Positions 1 through 7,503 of a stretch of DNA of 28,519 nucleotides are shown one piece after another. Location: the IMG/VR virus record IMGVR_UViG_3300010376_000788, positions 1-28,519 of that record. One strand, written 5' to 3'. The notes beneath the pieces are model-generated. The model did no database searches. It was not told where the DNA came from and worked only from the letters and a program-made list of their open reading frames with translations. Numbering within the stretch: position 1 is the stretch's first letter; every line of letters begins with the position of its first letter. Source of the stretch: a virus (taxonomy: Duplodnaviria; Caudoviricetes). The translations under genes and the position numbers were made by a program.

Positions 1-26
1 CTCAGAGGCGGCTTTAAGCCCTTTCG

Positions 27-248
27 CCTCAGGAAGCCCTCATCCTACGGTCGAGCCCTGAAACGGGCTTCCTGAGGGCTTCTGAGGGCTTCCTAGGGCA
101 TGCCCGCGTGAAGGCGTGCCCGGCAGCCGCACGGGGCTCGACCGCAGACGGGCAAACAGGGTCGCCCCGGTAGGGTGGCAGCCCCGGCAGCGAAACGGCT
201 GCCTACGGTCGAGCCCCGTGCGGCTGGCCGGGGCTGCCGGTCGAGCCC
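27..248. repeat. Cluster of inverted repeats with four copies of CGGTCGAGCCC
   Basis: Perfect inverted repeats at 27-39/65-77 (13 bp), 124-144/206-226 (21 bp) and 177-188/227-238 (12 bp). CGGTCGAGCCC at 48-58, 206-216 and 238-248 (+) and 134-144 (-). Confidence 0.85.
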
Positions 249-419
249 GTGCCCGTGCCTGCCCGTGCCCGTGCCTGCCCGTGCCCGCTCGTGCCCGTGC
301 CCGCTCGTGCTCGTGCCCGCTCGTGCTCGTGCCCGCTCGTGCTCGTGCCCGCCCGTGCTCGTGCCCGCTCGTGCCCGTGCCCGCCCGTGCTCGTGCCCGC
401 TCGTGCCTGCGCAGGCACG
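245..419. repeat. Tandem array of 16-bp unit GCYCGTGCYCGTGCCY ending in an 18-bp palindrome
   Basis: Nine full 16-bp units plus two 10-bp truncated units over 245-408. No A on the + strand from 245 to 412. Palindrome CGTGCCTGC|GCAGGCACG at 402-419. Confidence 0.95.
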
Positions 420-435
420 CGGGCACGCAGGCACA

Positions 436-546
436 CGTTACGCGCGTTACGCGCGTTACGCACGCGCGTTCGCGCGTGCGCGTGCGCGTGCGCGTGCGCG
501 TGCGTGCGCGTGCGCGTGCGCGTGCGCGTGCGCGTGCGCGTGCACG
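436..546. repeat. CGCGCGTTA repeats followed by a (CGCGTG)n microsatellite
   Basis: About three CGCGCGTTA-like units at 436-470, then 76 bp of perfectly alternating pyrimidine-purine sequence at 471-546. Confidence 0.95.
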
Positions 547-729
547 GTGCGCGCACGAAGCGGGTTTTCACGCCTTTAAGAGGTTTTTTGGACCCGGGTT
601 CTCAGGCAAAAAATTCTCCGACAAAATCAATCCATGCCTTTAAGAGCGATTTTGGCCCCGGCGCGCCCAGCGGAAATCCTTCGACAGAAACCCGATCCCC
701 AGAACGAGGAGGGTATCCCTCCAGGATGA

Positions 730-978
730 TCACTCTCGGCGAACCCCACCGTCCGAGGATGCACCCTCCGGCGAACTGGGGAAATATTCGGGCAGCGCTT
801 CGAGCGCCCCACGTATCTCGGGCGGCACCTTCAGCCGCATATGAAACAGGAGGCCGTCCCGCGTCCGGAAATACATGCGGCTCTGCCAGCCGCTCTTCCG
901 GTGATGCTGCCAAATCCACTGGGTTCCGTCATGCACGAGGCGGTTCTTGCTCCATGCCAGAAGCTCCACATATCCCAT
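730..978 (-). CDS. Small hypothetical protein (82 aa)
   Basis: ATG at 978 preceded by a GGAGAG RBS. The sequence DGTQWIWQ...WQSRMYFRTRDGLL...ALEALP looks protein-like, unlike the overlapping repeat-derived ORFs. Confidence 0.6.
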   Translation of the reverse strand: MGYVELLAWSKNRLVHDGTQWIWQHHRKSGWQSRMYFRTRDGLLFHMRLKVPPEIRGALEALPEYFPSSPEGASSDGGVRRE

Positions 979-1047
979 CGAACTCTCCGCTTGACCAAAC
1001 CAGTGAGGCAGGCATAGCATGCTCTTGTCCTGCCCGGACGATCTCCC

Positions 1048-1081
1048 GCGCCCACCTGTTCGAGAAATCGAAGGTGGGCGC
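1048..1081. other. Strong hairpin with GAAA tetraloop next to the putative origin
   Basis: GCGCCCACC-tg-TTCGA-GAAA-TCGAA-GGTGGGCGC (9 + 5 bp stem). Confidence 0.7.
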
Positions 1082-1087
1082 AGTCAT

Positions 1088-1426
1088 GTCGTAAAGGGAT
1101 TACAGGATTACAAACTTCCAAAGGCTTGTAATCCCTTAAATCTCGAATTCGCATTATATTTCAGTATCTTAAAAATTAGGATTACAGAAATACAGAAATA
1201 CAGACATTTTCTCACATGTGTGTGGGCGCACGCGCTCGCGCGTATACGCGTGCGCGCGTATACGTGCGTGAGACCACCCCCTTTTTTTTATTCTCTATGT
1301 GAGATTTACCCTGTATTTCTGTAATCCTGTAATCCTAAATAATAATACATTGATATATAAGGCAAATTCGAGATTTAAGGGATTACAAACTTTTTTCTGC
1401 CTGTAATCCTGTAATCCCTTTACAAC
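1088..1426. other. Putative replication origin: ~340-bp AT-rich imperfect palindrome with 12 octamer iterons
   Basis: Perfect arms at 1091-1112/1402-1423 (22 bp) and 1126-1149/1365-1388 (24 bp). Nine GGATTACA and three GAAATACA octamers in mirror symmetry. Central alternating tract at 1237-1270. The origin function is inferred. Confidence 0.7.
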
Positions 1427-1467
1427 ACGTCTCTAAGTGTCAAGTTGTCGCAGGCTTGATTTTGCTG

Positions 1468-1496
1468 TTGACGTGAGCGCGCTCTGGTGCTTACAT
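1468..1496 (+). promoter_or_regulatory. Sigma70-type promoter TTGACG-N17-TTACAT
   Basis: -35 at 1468-1473 and -10 at 1491-1496. Same -10 and spacing as the promoter at 7432. Confidence 0.65.
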
Positions 1497-1503
1497 GATG
1501 GTC

Positions 1504-1992
1504 ATGAGAGACGATCCGACCGCTTTCCGCATCCTGGCCATCGACCCCGGACTATCCGGGGCCTGGGCCGTCCTGACACGGGACGGCGATTTCGTGGAAG
1601 CCGGCGATCTACCGCGCTTCGCGGGCCTGATCGACGGGACCCAACTATCCACGATCATTAGTCTTTTTAACCCTCGCCAAGGAGTGATCGAGCGCGTGCA
1701 TTCGATGCCCAAGCAAGGCGTTTCGAGCGCTTTTACCTTTGGCGCGGCTTACGGCTTGACTATTGGAGTGATGACCGGTGCGGGCCTTCCGATCTCGTTT
1801 GTGACGCCCCAAAAATGGAAATCCCACTTCCGATTATCTGGTGCCATGAAAGGTGCGTCTGTCCAGCGAGCGGTCGAATTATACCCCGCCGCGTCGGCTC
1901 ATTTGACCCTCAAGAAACACCATAATCGTGCCGACGCGATCCTCTTGGGACGCTATTTTGTCAATATGGCAACAAAAGGAGAGTTCGTATGA
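1504..1992 (+). CDS. RuvC-like Holliday junction resolvase
   Basis: Motifs ILAIDPG, VIERVHSMP.QGVSSAFTFG..YG, VTPQKWK and RADAILL carry the RuvC acidic residues. Start could be 1495, 1498 or 1504. Confidence 0.88.
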   Translation: MRDDPTAFRILAIDPGLSGAWAVLTRDGDFVEAGDLPRFAGLIDGTQLSTIISLFNPRQGVIERVHSMPKQGVSSAFTFGAAYGLTIGVMTGAGLPISFVTPQKWKSHFRLSGAMKGASVQRAVELYPAASAHLTLKKHHNRADAILLGRYFVNMATKGEFV

Positions 1993-2276
1993 CCCCCAAA
2001 TTCAAGTTCCAACTAGGCGAGAAGATCAGCTTTCTGGTGAACGGGAAGCCCGTCGAGGACATAATCACAGGCCGTTTCACGGCCGAAGCGTTAGTCCAGC
2101 CTTACGGATCGAACCAGATTTTCCCTGCTTACATGTTGCAAAATCACTCCTGGATCGCCGAAAAAGACATCTTGCCAATAGAAATTTGCGAGGAATGCGG
2201 TGGCACGGGTTGGCGCGAGCGTGCCTGGGACAGCGCTCCCGTGGCCTGTGTGTTTTGCGACGGCCCCCGATCATGA
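1989..2276 (+). CDS. Hypothetical protein with C-terminal zinc finger (CxxCxGxG...CxxC)
   Basis: ATGA overlap with the upstream gene, AAGGAGAG RBS, and motifs CEECGGTG and CVFCDG. Confidence 0.75.
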   Translation: MTPKFKFQLGEKISFLVNGKPVEDIITGRFTAEALVQPYGSNQIFPAYMLQNHSWIAEKDILPIEICEECGGTGWRERAWDSAPVACVFCDGPRS

Positions 2277-2338
2277 TCTGGGCGATCTTCTGGGTGGCCT
2301 TCTTTCTCTACGTCTTCATTCACCACAGGGGAAAATGA
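2273..2338 (+). CDS. 21-aa hydrophobic micropeptide MIWAIFWVAFFLYVFIHHRGK
   Basis: ATGA overlaps at both ends. Single transmembrane-like stretch with a basic tail. Confidence 0.6.
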   Translation: MIWAIFWVAFFLYVFIHHRGK

Positions 2339-2400
2339 TGTTCGCGCTGATCCTTTGCCTCTTCACCTTCCTCGCTGCCTCATGGTGGTATACGCGATGA
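2335..2400 (+). CDS. 21-aa hydrophobic micropeptide MMFALILCLFTFLAASWWYTR
   Basis: ATGA overlaps at both ends, AGGGG RBS, transmembrane-like sequence. Confidence 0.6.
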   Translation: MMFALILCLFTFLAASWWYTR

Positions 2401-3470
2401 CGAACCTGCCGACGCTGAAGCGCGACAAGCGCCTGAACATCGTGGACGACGTGGAGCGGTTCACTCCCCGTGCTGACCAGTTTTACCTCAACGAAGCCCG
2501 GTGGATAGTCAACCTGAAGCATGATGCGTATAATGCACGTCGCTTCATCTTCGGCGACGAGGCGAGCCTGGAACTAGGCAAGTGGATCAACTCCTGCGAG
2601 GACTTGCTCCTCGACAACCGGCACTTCGCCAAGCCGCCTTTTCCCTCCACTTACATCGAACTGACCATCCACAAGGTCCATGACGGGATCGGCCGCCCGA
2701 CGAGCGGCCCCAAGGAGACGGGCGACGACAGACTAGGGTTCCTGATCGTCGGAAACCATGTCCGGACCGTCGTTTCCAGTCACAAAGTAAACGGCCCTTG
2801 CCCCGGTGTCTGGCACTACTGGCTCGACACGCCGGACGAGCACCAGCTGATCCGGGGCAGCCGGGAACGCAACGAATGGGCGCGGGCCACCTTGCTGCTG
2901 GGCACGACCGCCAAAGCCATTCGCGACGACGAGCAGAAGCAGGCCATCGCCAACGGCACCCGCATCCGCTGCGTGATCCCTTCGATCTGGAAGGACATCC
3001 GTGAATGGGACGAGGACACGGGTGCGGTCAAGCAGCAGATCACCAATCTGATCATGAGCGCGGCCGGCGAGATGCGAACTCTTTGGGCCGCGCTCCTGCT
3101 GATCAGCCAGCACCGCAGGCACCTGAGCTTCCAGGAAGTCCCCAGGCATGTCTCCTTCGTTCCCAAGCGCAAGGTGTTCATGGGCCACACCATCGTCAAC
3201 ATTCCGATCACCGCTCCCGAGAACATGCGCCACACCTACTACCCGAACACCCGTGCTTCTCCGGTTGGTCATGAGGTGCGCGGCCACTGGATGCACTGGC
3301 ACCGAGGCGAAAGCTGCCTCCAGCGATGGCCGGGCTCCTCGCCTATCCCCGACGACAAGGGGCATTTCACCTGCGCCGGCTGCAACGGCTTCTGGACATG
3401 GAAGAAGCAGCATCACCGGGGTGACGCCGGCCACGGTATCTCCCTCCAAACCTGGGAGGTCACGCCGTGA
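2397..3470 (+). CDS. Conserved-type phage hypothetical protein (357 aa) with C-terminal SP..H.VRGHW...W...H.RGD..G motif
   Basis: High-GC3 codon usage and coupled ATG at 2397. The His/Trp-rich C-terminal motif is typical of uncharacterised phage early proteins and here contains a Cys-bearing insert. Confidence 0.8.
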   Translation: MTNLPTLKRDKRLNIVDDVERFTPRADQFYLNEARWIVNLKHDAYNARRFIFGDEASLELGKWINSCEDLLLDNRHFAKPPFPSTYIELTIHKVHDGIGRPTSGPKETGDDRLGFLIVGNHVRTVVSSHKVNGPCPGVWHYWLDTPDEHQLIRGSRERNEWARATLLLGTTAKAIRDDEQKQAIANGTRIRCVIPSIWKDIREWDEDTGAVKQQITNLIMSAAGEMRTLWAALLLISQHRRHLSFQEVPRHVSFVPKRKVFMGHTIVNIPITAPENMRHTYYPNTRASPVGHEVRGHWMHWHRGESCLQRWPGSSPIPDDKGHFTCAGCNGFWTWKKQHHRGDAGHGISLQTWEVTP

Positions 3471-3748
3471 AGCTACGTAAAAATCCGAATATGACGGCAT
3501 CCCCCGAAGTGCTCGAATTGCTCAGGGCGAGCGGGCTGCCTTGGGAATTCGTTTCGGGCTCCAAGCACATTCATATCCGGATCGCCGGCCGCTTGGCCGG
3601 CATCCTTCCGCGCGGCGGGCATCCGAGGACGAGTGACGTAGGCCGCGCCCGCCTGAACCAGATGGCGCAGCTTCGCCGCCTCATCCGCGAAGTGCAAGGG
3701 ACTGGGACATGCAGCCAAGCACCGAGAAATGCCCCCATTGCGGGCTGA
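3467..3748 (+). CDS. HicA-like small protein
   Basis: GSKH-x-x-I motif followed by TSD..R...N..AQLRR, a pattern resembling the HicA family. GTGA overlap with the upstream gene. Confidence 0.55.
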   Translation: MKLRKNPNMTASPEVLELLRASGLPWEFVSGSKHIHIRIAGRLAGILPRGGHPRTSDVGRARLNQMAQLRRLIREVQGTGTCSQAPRNAPIAG

Positions 3749-4197
3749 TCCACGACACCACCTGTCCGAGGATCAAGAGCATCGATTATTACAAGGATGG
3801 GAGCGTGAAGCGGATCGAGTTCCACCTGCCGACGCCGATCTCTTCGACGGTATCCCCGCCGCCGCCGTCACCGCCGCCACCGCCGCCGCTACCCACGCCG
3901 TATGATCACTGCCGTCGGCCCAACGGGCATTTCAAAGGGCTCTCGGCGACCGAAGCCAAGGTGCTGGAACTTCTCGCCAAAGGCGATAGCAACAAGCTCG
4001 TCGCCATCAAGATGGGCAACTGCGAGGCGACCGTGAAGGTGCATGTGAAGAGCATCCTGCGCAAGCTGGGCGTGCGCAACCGCACGCAGGCCGCGACGTT
4101 TTTCTCCACAACGATGGTTGACAACTCTTTGTTGTCTGTGCAACACAACATGTCTAACGAAGGAACCGGCAATGAGCAAATTTCTCTACGTGCGTGA
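3709..4197 (+). CDS. LuxR/GerE-type HTH regulator with N-terminal CxxCxxxHxxxC module and poly-Pro linker
   Basis: LSATEAKVLELLAKGDSNKLVAIKMGNCEATVKVHVKSILRKLGVRNRTQAA is a canonical LuxR C-terminal HTH. No receiver domain. Confidence 0.85.
   Translation: MQPSTEKCPHCGLIHDTTCPRIKSIDYYKDGSVKRIEFHLPTPISSTVSPPPPSPPPPPPLPTPYDHCRRPNGHFKGLSATEAKVLELLAKGDSNKLVAIKMGNCEATVKVHVKSILRKLGVRNRTQAATFFSTTMVDNSLLSVQHNMSNEGTGNEQISLRA
4118..4146 (+). promoter_or_regulatory. Possible sigma70 promoter (perfect -35, weak -10)
   Basis: TTGACA at 4118-4123 in an AT-rich patch upstream of the helicase cluster. The hexamer at N17 is CAACAC, a poor match. Confidence 0.35.
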
Positions 4198-4393
4198 TCT
4201 GCGCGGCGAGCCGACACTGGTGAACTTGGACGACATCAGCCTGATCGAGCCGAACACCGACAAGGATTGCACGATCTATTTCATGCACACCGAAAGCACA
4301 GCGCCCGGCTTGACCGTGCAGGGGAATTTCAAGGAGATCGGTCAAGCTCTTGAGAAAGAAAAGCTTGTCATCGTTCCAGAGGTTAAAAGGTAG
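4172..4393 (+). CDS. Small beta-rich hypothetical protein (FlbD-like pattern)
   Basis: AAGGA RBS before ATG 4172. Pattern G.PTLVNLDDISLIEP...CTIYF...LTVQG. Confidence 0.7.
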   Translation: MSKFLYVRDLRGEPTLVNLDDISLIEPNTDKDCTIYFMHTESTAPGLTVQGNFKEIGQALEKEKLVIVPEVKR

Positions 4394-5815
4394 ATGGACC
4401 TTTCGCTCAGACTGATGCCCTTCCAGGTTGATGGCGTGGATTTCCTCGCCAAGTCCAAGAGGGCCATGCTCTCCTGGGAGCCCGGCGTCGGAAAGACCCC
4501 GCCCGCCGTGCGTGCCTGCGCCCGTGTGAAGGCCGAGAACGTCCTGGTCTTCTGCCCTCTCATTGCCACCGGGGTCTGGAGACGGCACTTTCTCGACTGG
4601 AGCGGGTACGCCGACGTGCGTGTGCTCGACGGCAACTGGGTGCAAAAGCCCCATGCCTTCCTGAACGGCACGGGGGTTCGCATCATCCCCTACTCGCGGG
4701 TGAGCCAGAAGGACGAAGCCGTCGATCTGGCGACCCGCTTCAGCCTGAAATGGGACGTGGTGATCCTCGACGAGTGCCACTACCTCAAGAACCACGACGC
4801 CAAGCGCACCCAGGTGATCTACGGGCCCCGGATCGACCTCACCAGTTCCCCTCTGGAGGACGCGGAGCACATTTGGTGCCTGTCAGGCACTCCGTTGCTC
4901 AATGGTCCTCACGAGCTATGGACGCATCTGAAGGCGCTGCGGCCCGATCTCATCACTTTCCCGAGCCTGGGGGTCATGAGCTATCGCAGCTTCGTCAATC
5001 GCTACTGCCATGTTCGTCCCACCCCTTACGGCTTCCTTGTGGTGGGTGCGAAGAACACGCTGGAGCTTGCCACGCGCCTGAAGGGCTTCTCGGACAGGAA
5101 GCGGACCAAGGACGTGCTTCTCGACCTGCCGCCCTTGCGCATTGTCACCTACGAGCTTCCCGGAGAGATGGTCACTGTTACGGAGGAGCTTGAGGACGCC
5201 CTGGGCGATATGTCCAACGAGTTTGGGCTTCTGGGCGACGACGAGATTTTGGCAGCCATGCAAAGCGTTCACACGAGCACGGCCCGGCGCTTGGTGGGGG
5301 TGGCCAAGGTGCCCGGCGTGAACCTTCTGGTGAACGAGATGCTGGAGAGTGGCACCGGCAAGGTGATCGTCTTCGCGCATCACCGCGAGGTGGTGCGCCA
5401 GCTGGAGAGCGACAACCGTGCCTGGAACCCTCTGGTGATCATGGGCGGCACGTCCCAGAAAGACAGGGAACATTCCATCTACGCCTTCCAGAACGATCCG
5501 GCGCACCGCCTGATCATTCTTTCCATCGAAGCCGCGTCGGAGGCGATCACGCTCACAGCCGCCAATCAGGTGGTGATCGCCGAGCCGAGCCCCGTCCCCG
5601 CCAAGAACGCGCAGGCCATCGCCCGCGCGCATCGCAAGGGGCAGCGTGAGGCCGTGCTGGCGCAGTTCGTCACGCTTCCCGGCACCTTCGACGCCTATTT
5701 TATGAACATGCTCGCCCGCAAGACCCGCGACATCATGAAGGTGGTCGATCCCGATCTCGCCTCTCCCGACCCTGCGCAACCGACTTTCCCGGCATTGGAG
5801 GACCAACCGATATGA
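4394..5815 (+). CDS. SNF2-family (SF2) DNA helicase
   Basis: Motif I EPGVGKT, motif II VILDECHYLKN, motif III LSGTP, motif IV VIVFAHH, motif V EAITLTAA, motif VI QAIARAHRKGQ. Confidence 0.93.
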   Translation: MDLSLRLMPFQVDGVDFLAKSKRAMLSWEPGVGKTPPAVRACARVKAENVLVFCPLIATGVWRRHFLDWSGYADVRVLDGNWVQKPHAFLNGTGVRIIPYSRVSQKDEAVDLATRFSLKWDVVILDECHYLKNHDAKRTQVIYGPRIDLTSSPLEDAEHIWCLSGTPLLNGPHELWTHLKALRPDLITFPSLGVMSYRSFVNRYCHVRPTPYGFLVVGAKNTLELATRLKGFSDRKRTKDVLLDLPPLRIVTYELPGEMVTVTEELEDALGDMSNEFGLLGDDEILAAMQSVHTSTARRLVGVAKVPGVNLLVNEMLESGTGKVIVFAHHREVVRQLESDNRAWNPLVIMGGTSQKDREHSIYAFQNDPAHRLIILSIEAASEAITLTAANQVVIAEPSPVPAKNAQAIARAHRKGQREAVLAQFVTLPGTFDAYFMNMLARKTRDIMKVVDPDLASPDPAQPTFPALEDQPI

Positions 5816-6306
5816 AGCTCACAGTCACCATCGAGTGCAACAGCGTCAACGAGTTCCAGTGGCTCGCCCGGCGGCTTCAGCCCGACGAGAACACCGCGAC
5901 GCAGGCCGAGAGCCGTCCTGCCGGCGGCAACGGCAAGGCACCGGACCATTCGAGCGCCGCGAAGGCCGATCTCGCCAAGCAGGCCCAGGAGGCTGCCCGG
6001 AAATCCGAGGCTGCCGCCAGCGCCGGCAGCGAAGCTCCAGCTTCCAAAGCGCCGCGCAAGAAAGCCGACAAGCCCGCGCCTGCGCAGGCACCGGCAGCCG
6101 ACCTGACCGAGGAGCTTCAGGCGCTCAAGGATTTGGTCACGACCGCCGCGCGCCTCGCCATGCGCGGCGAGGGCGACAAGAAAATCCTCGATCTCCTGCC
6201 CGCCTTCCGCGACGCGACCGGCCTCGACTTCGTGATGAACGCCACCGAGGCGCATGTCCCGGCCCTGCGTCAGCTTGCGGAAGCGGCCAGTCTCGCGACG
6301 GTCTGA
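5812..6306 (+). CDS. Hypothetical protein with Ala/Pro-rich linker
   Basis: GGAGG RBS and ATGA overlap. Position upstream of DUF2800 is typical of APSE-like replication modules. Confidence 0.8.
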   Translation: MKLTVTIECNSVNEFQWLARRLQPDENTATQAESRPAGGNGKAPDHSSAAKADLAKQAQEAARKSEAAASAGSEAPASKAPRKKADKPAPAQAPAADLTEELQALKDLVTTAARLAMRGEGDKKILDLLPAFRDATGLDFVMNATEAHVPALRQLAEAASLATV

Positions 6307-6318
6307 CGGAAGGCAGGC

Positions 6319-6606
6319 ATGCTGATCCCCGAAGTCCGAGCCCTTCTGCTCGATATGGCAAAAGGGCTTGAGACGTTGGGGTTCACCGGCTACGCGACGC
6401 GGACCCGCCAACTTGTGAACGAGCTTCATCGACGCCCCCGGCAGCAGCAGGCTCCGCAACGCTCGAAGCACATGACCCCCGCGATCAAGCAAGCCATTCG
6501 CCACTACCATCAGAAATTTCCGCTCTGGACGCAGCAGCAGCTTGGTGAGTTTTGCGGTGTCAGCGCCGGGCGCGTGAGCGAGACACTGAACGGAAAGCGC
6601 ACATGA
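6319..6606 (+). CDS. HTH DNA-binding protein
   Basis: C-terminal TQQQLGEFCGVSAGRVSETLNGK helix-turn-helix. GGAAGG RBS. Confidence 0.75.
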   Translation: MLIPEVRALLLDMAKGLETLGFTGYATRTRQLVNELHRRPRQQQAPQRSKHMTPAIKQAIRHYHQKFPLWTQQQLGEFCGVSAGRVSETLNGKRT

Positions 6607-7445
6607 ACGAGACGAGGCCCCTCAAGCTCGACGAGAAGGTCCATGCCGAGCTTGGGCCTTCGTCGAGCGAAATCTGGCTGACCTGCCTCCAGGCACCGCG
6701 CGAGTGGAAGCGCTACCCGCCCAAGAAAGCGGGCTTCGCGGCCCATGAGGGCACGCTCGCCCATACTCTCTGTGAAGCGGCTCTCATGCTCAGGGGAATT
6801 CCCTGGAGCGTGGGGCGCGTCTTCGAGGTCGAGGGCGACAAGGTGCCCGTGACACAGGAGATGCTGAACGCCGTCCAGCTTTGGGTGAACGTGACGAACA
6901 CCATCAGCGATGTCTCGCTCTGGCGCGCCGTCGAGAAGCAGGTGTCGTTCGCGTGGCTGTGGGGCGACCGGCCGCCCGCCACCGATCTGTTCGGGACCGG
7001 CGACTTCATGGCCGCCGACCCGAAAGTCCTCTACATGCTGGATTTTAAGTATGGCCAAGGTAAAGTTGTCGAGGTTAAGAATAATACTCAGCTTCTCTGC
7101 TACGGAGTGGGTGCTTACGGACTTCTCACAAAGGAACGGCCAGACTTGGCGAAAACTATCGAGGACGTGTCACTGGCAATCGTCCAGCCGCGTGCGGGGA
7201 GTAGTCCAGTCAGACAATGGTCGATTTCAATTGGCGACCTGCTTTTCTGGGCTTATTCGGTGCTCAAGCCGAGCGTCGATAAAATCCTCTCGGCCAAGCC
7301 GCTTCCCCTTGTCCCTGGGTCGCACTGCTACTGGTGCGCGGCTTCTCGTGAGTGCCCCGCGTATAAGACGCACCGGCTCCGTGACAGCACTTTTCCCGAC
7401 CTGACGACCGCAGAAATGTTGTCGGCGTCACTTGACATGATATAG
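6603..7445 (+). CDS. DUF2800 / Cas4-like PD-(D/E)XK exonuclease
   Basis: HAELGPSS...W..C, EGTLAH, FGTGD, LDFKYG, NTQL..Y, IVQPR, and the C-terminal Cys cluster PGSHCYWC.....C. Confidence 0.9.
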   Translation: MNETRPLKLDEKVHAELGPSSSEIWLTCLQAPREWKRYPPKKAGFAAHEGTLAHTLCEAALMLRGIPWSVGRVFEVEGDKVPVTQEMLNAVQLWVNVTNTISDVSLWRAVEKQVSFAWLWGDRPPATDLFGTGDFMAADPKVLYMLDFKYGQGKVVEVKNNTQLLCYGVGAYGLLTKERPDLAKTIEDVSLAIVQPRAGSSPVRQWSISIGDLLFWAYSVLKPSVDKILSAKPLPLVPGSHCYWCAASRECPAYKTHRLRDSTFPDLTTAEMLSASLDMI

Positions 7446-7460
7446 AGGTAGTGGTTACAT
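7432..7460 (+). promoter_or_regulatory. Sigma70-type promoter TTGACA-N17-TTACAT
   Basis: -35 at 7432-7437 and -10 at 7455-7460, at the gap before the SSB gene. Confidence 0.75.
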
Positions 7461-7503
7461 TCGAGCATACTTCTAGACGCAACAGACACAAAGGACCCTA
7501 CCA

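Noticed and set aside
245-546. Possible CRISPR array, given the Cas4-like gene
   Set aside because: Repeats are contiguous with no unique spacers, and DUF2800 is a standard phage replication nuclease.
40-1094. Long overlapping ORFs with RARARA, VRVRVR or HAHAHA translations
   Set aside because: Products of stop-free microsatellites, with no RBS or protein-like composition.
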